A stretch of DNA of 48,623 nt from assembly GCA_049323135.1 (NCBI GenBank), contig JBMOMH010000295.1:1-48623 (forward strand). The letters run 5' to 3'. The translations under genes were made by a program, and so were the position numbers. The notes under the pieces were generated by a model. It ran no database searches, had not been told where the DNA came from, and saw only the letters and a program-made list of their open reading frames with translations. Of this stretch, positions 1-8,932 are shown in pieces. Position 1 is the first letter of the stretch. Each line of letters opens with the position of its first letter. The stretch is from Actinomycetota bacterium. GTDB lineage: Bacteria > Actinomycetota > Actinomycetes > JBMOMH01.

Positions 1-184
1 GGTCCGGGGACCCGAGCGCGGCCCCGGGTGGACCCGCCCCCGCCGACCCGGCGCCGACCGACACCTCCGGCGGCGCCGGCTCCTCCGGCCAGCCCGGCGG
101 CGCCCCGAGGAGCAGCACCCGGTGCCCGGGGCGGGCGCCCAGCTTGCGCCACAGCGGGGTGCCCGAGTAGCCAGCCGCCACCAC
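1..184 (-). CDS. DUF3052-family protein, N-terminal part (gene runs off the left edge)
   Basis: The minus-strand frame is open from GTG at 184/181 to position 1. It reads VVAAGYSGTPLWRKLGARPGHRVLLLGAPPGW..., which matches the N-terminus I associate with DUF3052 proteins. It is divergent from the TetR gene and absent from the supplied ORF track because it is edge-truncated. Confidence 0.45.
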   Translation of the reverse strand, partial: MVAAGYSGTPLWRKLGARPGHRVLLLGAPPGWPEEPAPPEVSVGAGSAGAGPPGAALGSPD

Positions 185-252
185 GCCTCCGTCCCACGCC
201 CGCCGACACCCGCCGGCACCCAGCGGGTTAACGCTCGCTAACACACCCGAGT

Positions 253-930
253 ATGGTGCGACCAGGCACCGTTCCGCGCGCCCCACACGGAGGTGACGTG
301 GCCGACCGTGGGCACCGGCGTGACGCCCTGCTCGAGGCGGCCGCCCGGCTGTTCGCCGAGCGGGGGTACCGCGCGGTCGGTGTCGACGACATCGGTGCCG
401 CGGTCGGCATCTCCGGACCGGCCGTGTACCGGCACTTCCGCAGCAAGGAGGCGATCCTGCTGGCCCTGTGCGTGCAGGCCACCGAAGGCCTGCTGCACAA
501 CGCCCGGCACGTCGTCGACGGCACCGCCGACCCCCGACGCACCCTGGAGCAGCTCGTCGTCACACACGTCCACTTCGCCGTCGCGCAGCGCCGCCTGCTG
601 GGCGTGTGGCTGCGCGAGCAGCGGGAGCTGCCCGCCGCCTCGCTGCGGCGGGTGCGCAGCGTGCAGCGCGCGTACGAACGGCTGTGGCAGGACGCGCTGG
701 GCCGGCTGCGCGACGACCTCGACGCCGGCGAGCGGGCCGTCGCAGTCAGCGCGGTGCTGTCGCTGCTCAACGCCACGCCGTACGCGCGCGACGGCGTCCC
801 ACCCGCCCACCTGGAGGCCCTGCTGCACCGCATGGCCCTGGCCGCGCTGCTCGCCCGCCGCCCGCCCCGGCGTACGCGGCCAACCGGGCGCCCGGACCAG
901 AGCCCCGGGGACGCGCCGTGCCCGTCCTGA
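253..930 (+). CDS. TetR/AcrR-family transcriptional regulator
   Basis: 225-aa ORF. The N-terminal HTH reads RRDALLEAAARLFAERGYRAVGVDDIGAAVGISGPAVYRHFRSKEAIL. Its stop overlaps the start of the next gene. Confidence 0.9.
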   Translation: MVRPGTVPRAPHGGDVADRGHRRDALLEAAARLFAERGYRAVGVDDIGAAVGISGPAVYRHFRSKEAILLALCVQATEGLLHNARHVVDGTADPRRTLEQLVVTHVHFAVAQRRLLGVWLREQRELPAASLRRVRSVQRAYERLWQDALGRLRDDLDAGERAVAVSAVLSLLNATPYARDGVPPAHLEALLHRMALAALLARRPPRRTRPTGRPDQSPGDAPCPS

Positions 931-2513
931 GCCGCCCGGTGGACCGCACCGCCCCGGCGTACGCCGCCAACCGGGCGGCCATGCTCGCCCTGCTCGCCGA
1001 GCTGGACGAGCAGCTGGCCGCCGCGCGGGCCGGAGGCGGGCCGGCGTACGTGGAACGGCACCGCCGGCGCGGCAAGCTGCTGGCCCGGGAGCGCATCGAG
1101 CTGCTGCTCGACCCGGACACGCCGTTCCTGGAGCTGATGCCGTTCGCCGCGTGGGGCAGCGACTTCCCCGTCGGGGCGAGCGTCGTCACCGGCATCGGCG
1201 TCGTCGAAGGCGTCCCGGTGATGGTGGTGGCGCACGACCCGACGGTACGCGGCGGCGCCAGCAACCCGTACACGCTGACGAAGGTGTTCCGCGCCGCGGA
1301 GGTCGCCCGGGAGAACCGGCTGCCGCTGGTCAACCTCGTCGAGTCCGGCGGCGCCGACCTGCCAACCCAGGCGGAGCTGTTCGTCCCCGGCGGGCGGGTG
1401 TTCCGGGACCTCACCGCGCACAGCGCCGCCGGGCTGCCCACCCTCGCGCTGGTGTTCGGCGCCGCCACCGCGGGCGGCGCGTACGTGCCCGGCCTGTCCG
1501 ACTACGTGGTCATGGTGCGGAGGCAGGCCAAGGTGGCTCTCGGCGGCCCGCCGCTGGTGCGGATGGCCACCGGGGAGGAGTCCGACGACGAGACCCTCGG
1601 CGGCGCCGAGCTGCACGCCCGGCACTCCGGGCTGGCCGACTACCTGGCCGCCGACGAGGTCGACGCGATCCGGCTGGGCCGGCAGGTGGTGCGGCGGTGG
1701 AACTGGCGCCCACTAACCCCGGGACCCAGCGCCGCCGTGGAACCACGGCACGACCCCGAGGAGCTGCTCGGCCTCGCCTCGGCGGACCCGAAGACGCCGA
1801 CCGACCCCCGCGACGTGCTGGCCCGGGTCGTCGACGACTCGTGCCTGGACGAGTTCAAGCCCCTCTACGGGGCGGCCCTGCTGACCGGGTGGGCGCGCAT
1901 CCACGGCTACCCGGTGGGCGTGCTGGCCAACGCCCGCGGCGTGCTGGGCAACGAGGAGGCGCAGAAGGCCGCGCAGTTCATCCAGCTGGCCAACCAGGTG
2001 GACACGCCGCTGGTGTTCCTGCAGGACACCACCGGCTACCTGGTCGGCCGCGACTACGAGCGGCGCGGCATCATCAAGCACGGTGCTGCGATGATCAACG
2101 CGGTGACGAACAGCCGGGTGCCGCACCTCACCACGGTCCTGGGGGCGTCGTACGGCGCCGGCAACTACGGCATGTGCGGCCGCGCCTACGGCCCCCGGTT
2201 CCTGTTCTCCTGGCCCGGCTCCCGCACGGCGGTGATGGGCCCGCAGCAGCTGGCCGGGGTGCTGTCCCTGGTGGCCCGGCAGTCCGCCGCCGAGCGGGGC
2301 CAGCCGTACGACGAGGAGGCCGACGCGCGCACCCGGGCTGCGGTCACCGCGCAGATCGAACGCGAGCAGGTGGCCCTGGCCAACAGCGGGCGCGGGTACG
2401 ACGATGGCGTCATCGACCCGCGCGACACCCGGACGGTGCTGGGCTGCTGCCTGGCCGTCGTGCACGGCGCCGAGGTGCGTGGCCAGCGCGGCTACGGCGT
2501 CTTCCGGATGTGA
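918..2513 (+). CDS. Acyl-CoA carboxylase carboxyltransferase (beta) subunit, methylcrotonyl-/geranyl-CoA carboxylase type
   Basis: This is the in-frame tail of track ORF 468..2513. GTG at 918 precedes the conserved N-terminus LSRPVDRTAPAYAANRAAMLALLAEL...RGKLLARERIELLLDPDTPFLEL. The rest shows typical carboxyltransferase sequence (GGAYVPG..., GASYGAGNYGMCGRAY). Confidence 0.9.
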   Translation: MPVLSRPVDRTAPAYAANRAAMLALLAELDEQLAAARAGGGPAYVERHRRRGKLLARERIELLLDPDTPFLELMPFAAWGSDFPVGASVVTGIGVVEGVPVMVVAHDPTVRGGASNPYTLTKVFRAAEVARENRLPLVNLVESGGADLPTQAELFVPGGRVFRDLTAHSAAGLPTLALVFGAATAGGAYVPGLSDYVVMVRRQAKVALGGPPLVRMATGEESDDETLGGAELHARHSGLADYLAADEVDAIRLGRQVVRRWNWRPLTPGPSAAVEPRHDPEELLGLASADPKTPTDPRDVLARVVDDSCLDEFKPLYGAALLTGWARIHGYPVGVLANARGVLGNEEAQKAAQFIQLANQVDTPLVFLQDTTGYLVGRDYERRGIIKHGAAMINAVTNSRVPHLTTVLGASYGAGNYGMCGRAYGPRFLFSWPGSRTAVMGPQQLAGVLSLVARQSAAERGQPYDEEADARTRAAVTAQIEREQVALANSGRGYDDGVIDPRDTRTVLGCCLAVVHGAEVRGQRGYGVFRM

Positions 2514-4567
2514 CCGCGGTGCCTCCCATCGGCCGGCTGTTGGTCGCCAACCGGGGCGAGATCGCCCGAAGGGTGCTGCGCACCTGCCGGGAGATGGGCA
2601 TCGGCACCGTCGCCGTGTACGCCGACCCCGATGCGGCCGCGTGCCACGTCGCCGAGGCCGACGCAGCGGTGCGGCTGCCCGGAGAGCGCGCCGCCGACAC
2701 CTACCTGAACGTCGACGCGCTGCTCGAGGCGGCCCGGCGCACCGGCGCCGACGCGGTGCACCCCGGCTACGGCTTCCTCGCCGAGGACGCCGGCTTCGCC
2801 CGCGCCTGCGCCGACGCGGGGCTGGTCTTCGTCGGCCCCCCGGCGGAGGTGATCGCCGCGATGGGCCGCAAGCTCGCCGCGAAGGACCTCGCCGCCCGCG
2901 CCGGCGTACCGGTGCTGCCCGGACGCCCGGTGACCGGCACCGACCCGGCCGGGTGGCAGGCGGCGGCCGCCGAGGTGGGCTTCCCGCTGCTGGTCAAGGC
3001 CGACGCCGGCGGCGGGGGGCGGGGGATGCGGCGGGTCGGCGCGCCGGCGGAGCTCCCCGACGCGGTGGCGGCCGCGGCCCGGGAGGCGGCCGCCGCGTTC
3101 GGCGACCCGGCGGTGTTCCTCGAACCGCTGCTGCCGGCGGCCCGGCACGTCGAGGTGCAGGTGCTCGGCGACCGGCACGGCGAGGTGGTGGCGCTGTTCG
3201 AGCGGGACTGCTCGGTGCAGCGGCGGCACCAGAAGCTGGTCGAGGAGTGCCCGTCCCCCGCGGTGGACGGGCCGCTGCGCGACCGGCTGGCCGAGGCCGC
3301 GGTGGCGGTGGCCCGGGCGGTGGGGTACGTGGGCGCGGGCACCGTGGAGTTCCTCCTCGACGCCGCCGGGGCCTTCACCTTCCTGGAGATGAACACCCGG
3401 CTGCAGGTGGAGCATCCGGTGACCGAGCTGGTCACCGGGGTCGACCTGGTCCGCGTGCAGATCCTCCTCGCCGAGGGTGCGCCGCTGCCCCCGGAGGTCC
3501 GGGCCGCCCGCCGGCACGGCCACGCGGTGGAGGCCCGGTTGTGCGCCGAGGACCCCACCCGCGGCTTCGCCCCGCAGACCGGGACGCTCACCCGCGTCGA
3601 CCTGCCGGCCGGCCCGGGGCTGCGGGTGGACAGCGGGGTCGACGCCGGCTCGGTGGTGACCCACCACTTCGACCCGCTGCTGGCCAAGGTGCTGGCCTGG
3701 GCGCCGACCCGCGCCGAGGCGGTCCGCCGGCTGGCCGCCGCGCTGGCCGCCGCCCGGCTGCACGGCGTCGGCACCAACCGGGACCTGCTGGTGCGGGTGC
3801 TGCGCCACCCCGAGTTCCTCGCCGGCGCCGCGGACACCGGGTTCCTCGACCGGCACGACCCGGCCGACCTCGGCCGCCCGCTGGCCGGCCCGCAGGCGCA
3901 GGCCTGGCACGCGGTGGCCGCGACGCTGGCCCTGGTCGCCGTCCGCCGCGCCGCGGACCCGGTGTGGGGGAGCCTGCCGGCCGGGTGGCGCAACAACCCG
4001 TCGCAGCCGCAGCGCACCGGCTGGGCCGGCGCCGGCCGCGCCTGGCAGGTCGAGTACGCCGTCGGCCGGGACGGGCTGCGGGTGTGCGTCGACGGCACGC
4101 CGCTGGACGGCTGCGTCGTGCACGCCCAGCGCCCGGACCTGGTCGACCTGACCGTGGCCGGGGTGCGCCGCCGGTGCGCCGTGGCGCTGCACGAGGGGCC
4201 GGCGGAGGCGGGCTGGACGGCGTGGGTGGACAGCCCCCTGGGCGCGTCCTGGTTCACCGAGGTGCCCCGGTTCCCCCCGCCGGCGGCGGCGGCCGGCACC
4301 GGGTCGCTGACCGCCCCGCTGCCCGGCAGCGTCGTACGGGTCGCCGTCACCGCCGGGCAGGAGGTGCCCGCCGGGGCGGTGCTGCTGGTGCTGGAGGCGA
4401 TGAAGATGGAGCACGCGGTCACCAGCCCGTACCCCGGCCGGGTGGCCGCCCTGCACGTGCACGAGGGCGCGCAGGTCGCCGCCGGCGACCCCCTGGTGGC
4501 CGTCGACCCGACCGAGGGCGCCGTACCGACCGAGGGCGCCGTACCGACCGAGGGCGCCGACCACTGA
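2510..4567 (+). CDS. Acyl-CoA carboxylase alpha subunit (biotin carboxylase + biotin carboxyl carrier domain)
   Basis: This is the tail of track ORF 293..4567. GTG at 2510 overlaps the upstream stop (alternative GTG at 2519). It carries LLVANRGEIARRV, an ATP-grasp region, and a C-terminal biotinylation motif EAMKMEH. Confidence 0.9.
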   Translation: MTAVPPIGRLLVANRGEIARRVLRTCREMGIGTVAVYADPDAAACHVAEADAAVRLPGERAADTYLNVDALLEAARRTGADAVHPGYGFLAEDAGFARACADAGLVFVGPPAEVIAAMGRKLAAKDLAARAGVPVLPGRPVTGTDPAGWQAAAAEVGFPLLVKADAGGGGRGMRRVGAPAELPDAVAAAAREAAAAFGDPAVFLEPLLPAARHVEVQVLGDRHGEVVALFERDCSVQRRHQKLVEECPSPAVDGPLRDRLAEAAVAVARAVGYVGAGTVEFLLDAAGAFTFLEMNTRLQVEHPVTELVTGVDLVRVQILLAEGAPLPPEVRAARRHGHAVEARLCAEDPTRGFAPQTGTLTRVDLPAGPGLRVDSGVDAGSVVTHHFDPLLAKVLAWAPTRAEAVRRLAAALAAARLHGVGTNRDLLVRVLRHPEFLAGAADTGFLDRHDPADLGRPLAGPQAQAWHAVAATLALVAVRRAADPVWGSLPAGWRNNPSQPQRTGWAGAGRAWQVEYAVGRDGLRVCVDGTPLDGCVVHAQRPDLVDLTVAGVRRRCAVALHEGPAEAGWTAWVDSPLGASWFTEVPRFPPPAAAAGTGSLTAPLPGSVVRVAVTAGQEVPAGAVLLVLEAMKMEHAVTSPYPGRVAALHVHEGAQVAAGDPLVAVDPTEGAVPTEGAVPTEGADH
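4511..4559 (+). repeat. 18-bp tandem repeat (2.7 copies) encoding PTEGAV x3 at the extreme C-terminus of the carboxylase alpha subunit
   Basis: The unit accgagggcgccgtaccg is repeated head-to-tail at 4511, 4529 and 4547 (the last copy is partial), just before the stop at 4565-4567. Confidence 0.9.
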
Positions 4568-4579
4568 GCAGGAGGAACC

Positions 4580-5350
4580 GTGCAGATCACAGGTGCCGTC
4601 GCGCTGGTGACCGGAGGAGCCAGCGGCCTGGGCCGGGCCACCGCGGCCGAGCTGGCCCGCCGCGGGGCGGCCGTCGTGGTGGCCGACCTGCCCGCCTCCC
4701 CCGGGGAGCGGACCGCGGCCGAGCTGTCCCGGGACGGGGCCCGGGTGGTGTTCGCGCCGGTCGACGTCACCGACGAGGACACCGTCGCCGCCGCCGTCGA
4801 CCGTGCGGCCGGCCTGGGCCCGCTGCGGGTGACCGTGAACTGCGCCGGCGTCGGCACCGCGGGCCGGGTGCTGGGCAAGGCGGGCCCGCTGCCGCTGCGG
4901 GAGTTCGCCCGGGTCGTCGAGGTCAACCTGGTGGGCACGTTCAACGTGCTGCGGCTGGCCGCCGCGGCCATGGCGGCCACCGACCCGGTCGACGGGGAAC
5001 GCGGCGTCATCGTCAACACCGCCTCCATCGCCGCCTTCGACGGGCAGGTCGGGCAGGCGGCGTACGCCGCGAGCAAGGGCGGCGTCGTCGGGCTCACCCT
5101 GCCGGTGGCCCGGGACCTGGCCCCGCGGCTGATCCGGGTGATGACCATCGCCCCGGGCATCTTCGACACCCCGATGCTGGCCGGGCTGCCCGAGGAGGTG
5201 CGGGCCTCGCTCGGCGCGCAGGTGCCACATCCGGCCCGGCTCGGCCAGCCCGCCGAGTACGCCGCCCTGGCCTGCCACATCGTGGAGAACCCCATGCTCA
5301 ACGGCGAGGTCATCCGGCTGGACGGGGCCATCCGGATGACCCCCCGTTAG
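4580..5350 (+). CDS. Short-chain dehydrogenase/reductase (3-hydroxyacyl-CoA dehydrogenase type-2-like)
   Basis: 256 aa. It has the TGGASGLG Rossmann motif and YAASKGGV catalytic motif. An AGGAGG RBS lies 5 nt upstream of the GTG. Confidence 0.9.
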   Translation: MQITGAVALVTGGASGLGRATAAELARRGAAVVVADLPASPGERTAAELSRDGARVVFAPVDVTDEDTVAAAVDRAAGLGPLRVTVNCAGVGTAGRVLGKAGPLPLREFARVVEVNLVGTFNVLRLAAAAMAATDPVDGERGVIVNTASIAAFDGQVGQAAYAASKGGVVGLTLPVARDLAPRLIRVMTIAPGIFDTPMLAGLPEEVRASLGAQVPHPARLGQPAEYAALACHIVENPMLNGEVIRLDGAIRMTPR

Positions 5351-5368
5351 GCGGACGAGGAGGACGCC

Positions 5369-6523
5369 GTGGACTTCCACGAGACCGGCGAGCAGCGGGC
5401 GCTGCGCGCCGCGGTCGCCGCGCTGGCCGGGGACTTCGGTCACGCCTACTACCTGGCGAAGTCCCGCGCCGGCACCCCGGGCCACGAGCTGTGGGCGGCG
5501 CTGGGCCGGCACGGGTTCCTCGGGGTGCACCTGCCCGAGGAGTACGGCGGGGGCGGCGGGGGCGTGTACGAACTGCACCTGGTCGCCGAGGAGCTGGCCG
5601 CGGCCGGCTGCCCGGTGCTGCTGACTGCGGTGTCCCCGGCGATCTGCGGCTCGATCCTCGCCGCGCACGGCACGCCCGAGCAGCGGCGCCGCTGGCTGCC
5701 CGGGATCGCCTCGGGCGAGCTGGTCATGGCGTTCGCCGTCACCGAGCCCGACGCCGGGTCCAACACGCACAACCTGGCCACCACGGCGACCCGCCAGGGC
5801 GGCGAGGTCGTGCTGCGGGGAACCAAGCAGTTCATCTCCGGGCTGGACGAGGCGCACGCCGTGCTGGTGGTGGCCCGCACCGGCGCCGACGCGGCCGGCC
5901 GGGCCCGGCTGGGCCTTGTCGTCGTCCCCACCGACGCCGCCGGGCTGGACCGCACCCGCATCCCGATGGAGATCCGTGCCCCGGAGCACCAGTACACACT
6001 GTTCCTGGACGACGTCCGGGTGCCCGCCGACCACCTGGTCGGCGGGGACGGGGACGGGCTGCGGGCGGTGTTCGCCGGGCTGAACCCGGAGCGCATCCTG
6101 GGCGCGGCCATCGGCGGCGGCGTGGGCCGGTACGCCCTGGGCAAGGCCGCCGGCTACGCCCGGGAACGCCGGGTGTGGGGGGTGCCGGTGGGCGCGCACC
6201 AGGGGGTGGCCCACCCGCTGGCGCACGCCTCGATCCAGGTCGAGCTGGCCCGGCTGATGACCCAGCGGGCCGCCTGGCTGCACGACGCGGGGGACCCGGC
6301 GGCCGGGTCCGCGGCGAACATGGCCAAGGACGCCGCGGCCGAGGCCGGCCTGCTGGCCCTGGACCAGGCCATGCAGGCCCACGGCGGCAACGGCCTGGCC
6401 ACCGAGTACGGGCTGGCCACCCTGTGGGGCGCGGTGCGGCTGCTGCGCACCGCGCCGATCAGCCGGGAGATGATCCTCAACCACGTGGCCCAGCACGGCC
6501 TGGGCCTGCCCCGGTCGTACTAG
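5369..6523 (+). CDS. Acyl-CoA dehydrogenase
   Basis: 384 aa with ACAD-like sequence throughout (FAVTEPDAGSN, ...GGNG...EY). An RBS gaggagg lies upstream. Confidence 0.9.
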   Translation: MDFHETGEQRALRAAVAALAGDFGHAYYLAKSRAGTPGHELWAALGRHGFLGVHLPEEYGGGGGGVYELHLVAEELAAAGCPVLLTAVSPAICGSILAAHGTPEQRRRWLPGIASGELVMAFAVTEPDAGSNTHNLATTATRQGGEVVLRGTKQFISGLDEAHAVLVVARTGADAAGRARLGLVVVPTDAAGLDRTRIPMEIRAPEHQYTLFLDDVRVPADHLVGGDGDGLRAVFAGLNPERILGAAIGGGVGRYALGKAAGYARERRVWGVPVGAHQGVAHPLAHASIQVELARLMTQRAAWLHDAGDPAAGSAANMAKDAAAEAGLLALDQAMQAHGGNGLATEYGLATLWGAVRLLRTAPISREMILNHVAQHGLGLPRSY

Positions 6524-8382
6524 TGGCCGCCGGCCCGGGTCCCCTCAAGCCCCGCCGACCGCTCGTCGTCGCCAACTGCTCGGGCTTCTACGGCGACCGG
6601 CTCTCCGCGGCGCGGGAGATGGTCGAGGGCGGGCCGATCGACGTGCTCACCGGCGACTACCTGGCCGAGCTGACCATGTTCCTGCTGTGGAAGGCCCGCC
6701 GGCGCGAGCCGGCCGCCGGCTACGCCACCACGTTCCTGCGCCAGCTGGAGGAGGTGCTGGGGACCTGCCTGGACCGTGGGGTCAAGGTGGTGACCAACGC
6801 GGGCGGCCTGGACCCGGCCGGGCTGGCCAGGGAGGTCCGCCGGCTGGCCGGGCGGCTGGGCCTGCACCCGGTGGTGGCCCACGTCGAAGGCGACGACCTG
6901 CTGGCCCGGCTGCCCGACCTGGCCGGCGCTGGCCTGCCGCTGGCCCACCTGGACACGGGGATGCCGCTGGCCGAGGCCGGGGTCGTCCCGGTCACCGCGC
7001 ACGCCTACCTGGGCGCCTGGGGGATCACCGCGGCGCTGGCCGCGGGCGCCGACGTGGTGGTCTGCGGGCGGGTCACCGACGCGGCCCTGGTGGCGGGCCC
7101 GGCGGCCTGGCACCACGGCTGGCGCCGGGACGACTGGGACGCCCTGGCCGGCGCGGTGGTCGCCGGGCACGTGCTGGAGTGCGGGGCGCAGGCCACCGGT
7201 GGCAACTACGCGTTCCTGCACGAGCTGCCCGACGACCGGCCCCCCGGCTTCCCGCTGGCCGAGGTGGCCGCGGACGGCAGCAGCGTGATCACCAAGCATC
7301 CCGGGACCGGGGGGCTGGTGACGGTGGGCTCGGTGACCGCGCAGCTGTTGTACGAGATCGACGCGCCGGCGTACGTCGGACCCGACGTGGTGGCGCACGT
7401 TGACACGGTCCGGGTCACCCAGGTCGGGCCGGACCGGGTGCGCCTGCACGGGGTCCGCGGCAGCCCGCCCCCACCCACCGCCAAGGTGGCCCTCGGCTAC
7501 CTGGGCGGGTACCGCAACAGCGTCACCTTCGTGTGCACCGGGCTGGACATCGAGGCCAAGGCGGCCCGGGTGGCGCGGATGCTGTTCGACCGGCTGGGCG
7601 GGCGGGACCGGTTCGCCCGCGCCGAGGTGCGGCTGGTCCGCACCGACCGGGTCGACGCGCCGACCGAGGAGCTGGCCAGCGCGTACCTGCACGTCACGGT
7701 GGCCGACCCGGACCCGCAGCGGGTCGGGCGGGCCTTCTCCGCGGCCGCGGTCGAGCTGGCCCTGTCCAGCTACCCGGGCTGCCATACCACCGGGCCGCCG
7801 ACCCGGGAGAGCGCGTACGGCGGGTTCTGGCCGGCGCTGGTGCCGGCGGAGCTGGTCGCGCCGGTGGTGGTGCTCCCGGACGGCCGCCGCGTCGGCGTAC
7901 CCGGGCCGCCGCGGACCGCCCCGCTCCCGCCGCCGGCCCCCGAGCCCCCGCCCGAGCCCCCGCCGGTTCCCGAGCCGCCGGAACCGATGCCGGCCCCAGA
8001 GCCCGAGCCCACGCTGCGCCGGCCGCTGGGCGTGGCCTTGGGCGCCCGGTCGGGGGACAAGGGCGGCAACGCCAACGTGGGGGTGTGGGCGCGGGGGCCG
8101 GTCGGCTACGCCTGGCTGCGCCGCTGGCTCACCGTGGACCGGTTCCGCGCCCTGGTGCCGGAGGCTGCCGACCGGCCGGTGCGCCGGTACGACCTGCCCA
8201 ACCTGTGGGCGTGCAACTTCGTGGTCGTCGGGCTGCTCGGCGAGGGCGCGGCGGCGACCACCCGGCCCGACCCGCAGGCCAAGGCGCTGGGGGAGCTGCT
8301 GCGGTCCCGGTACGCCGACCTGCCCGCCGCGGTGGTCGCGGAGGCTACGGGCGGACCAGGGGCTGGTAGTCCTGGGCGGTGA
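6523..8382 (+). CDS. AtuA-like acyclic-terpene-utilisation family protein (DUF1446), with a Pro/Glu-rich internal linker
   Basis: This is the tail of track ORF 2404..8382. GTG at 6523 overlaps the ACAD stop. The N-terminus VVANCSGFYGDRLSAAREMVEGGPIDVLTGDYLAELTM is typical of DUF1446. Context (TetR, carboxylase subunits, SDR, ACAD) resembles the Pseudomonas atu cluster. Confidence 0.8.
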   Translation: MAAGPGPLKPRRPLVVANCSGFYGDRLSAAREMVEGGPIDVLTGDYLAELTMFLLWKARRREPAAGYATTFLRQLEEVLGTCLDRGVKVVTNAGGLDPAGLAREVRRLAGRLGLHPVVAHVEGDDLLARLPDLAGAGLPLAHLDTGMPLAEAGVVPVTAHAYLGAWGITAALAAGADVVVCGRVTDAALVAGPAAWHHGWRRDDWDALAGAVVAGHVLECGAQATGGNYAFLHELPDDRPPGFPLAEVAADGSSVITKHPGTGGLVTVGSVTAQLLYEIDAPAYVGPDVVAHVDTVRVTQVGPDRVRLHGVRGSPPPPTAKVALGYLGGYRNSVTFVCTGLDIEAKAARVARMLFDRLGGRDRFARAEVRLVRTDRVDAPTEELASAYLHVTVADPDPQRVGRAFSAAAVELALSSYPGCHTTGPPTRESAYGGFWPALVPAELVAPVVVLPDGRRVGVPGPPRTAPLPPPAPEPPPEPPPVPEPPEPMPAPEPEPTLRRPLGVALGARSGDKGGNANVGVWARGPVGYAWLRRWLTVDRFRALVPEAADRPVRRYDLPNLWACNFVVVGLLGEGAAATTRPDPQAKALGELLRSRYADLPAAVVAEATGGPGAGSPGR

Positions 8383-8932
8383 GCGGGTCGGAGGTGAGCA
8401 CCCCGCCGATGAGGGGGGCCTGCAGCACCGCGCCCTTGCGGGTGAGCACGACCCGGGTCACCCCGGGCACGGACGTGGCGGTGAGCACGATCTGGGCGAC
8501 GGCGAGGGTGGTGCGCTGCCCGGAGGGGCCGGGGACGTCCCCGGACAGGTCGATGGTGGCGGTGCCCCCGGAGAGGTCGCTGAGGGTGAGGACCAGGCCG
8601 GGCGGGATGGCGGTGCCCAGGCCCTGGGCCCGCTGGTCGGCGTTCGGGCCGCCGCTGAGCGCGGCGAGGGCGTCGGCGAGCACGGTGGCCGTCGTCCCGG
8701 TGCGGATCCGCGGCCGGGTAGGCGCGACCAGGTTGCCGGGGGTGACGAAGTAGATCAACGGCTGGTTCGCCTCCGGCCCGGTGGCGCGGGTCTGCCGGGG
8801 CGAGGGGCTGGTGGTGGCGCCGGGGCCGGTGCCGGGGGCGGTGATCGGCTGGGGGGCTCCCCCGGTGGGCACGCCGCAGCCGGCGAGGAGCAGCGCGGCG
8901 AGGGCCAGGGTGGCCGCCGTACGCCGGTTCAT
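8345..8932 (-). CDS. Secreted lipoprotein, GerMN-domain-like
   Basis: The internal ATG at 8932 forms an ATGA overlap with the kinase stop. The lipobox signal is MNRRTAATLALAALLLAGCG. The remainder resembles a GerMN/LpqB-type domain. It is the last gene of the two-component operon. Confidence 0.7.
   Translation of the reverse strand: MNRRTAATLALAALLLAGCGVPTGGAPQPITAPGTGPGATTSPSPRQTRATGPEANQPLIYFVTPGNLVAPTRPRIRTGTTATVLADALAALSGGPNADQRAQGLGTAIPPGLVLTLSDLSGGTATIDLSGDVPGPSGQRTTLAVAQIVLTATSVPGVTRVVLTRKGAVLQAPLIGGVLTSDPLTAQDYQPLVRP

Noticed and set aside
293-8382. Giant ORFs in the track: 293..4567 (1424 aa), 2404..8382 (1992 aa), 2492..6496 minus (1334 aa) and 2767..5331 minus.
   Set aside because: These are artefacts of stop-codon-poor high-GC DNA. 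Only their 3' portions (2510-4567, 6523-8382) have protein-like sequence. The rest is Arg/Pro/Gly/Ala-rich out-of-frame or antisense translation of the real genes.
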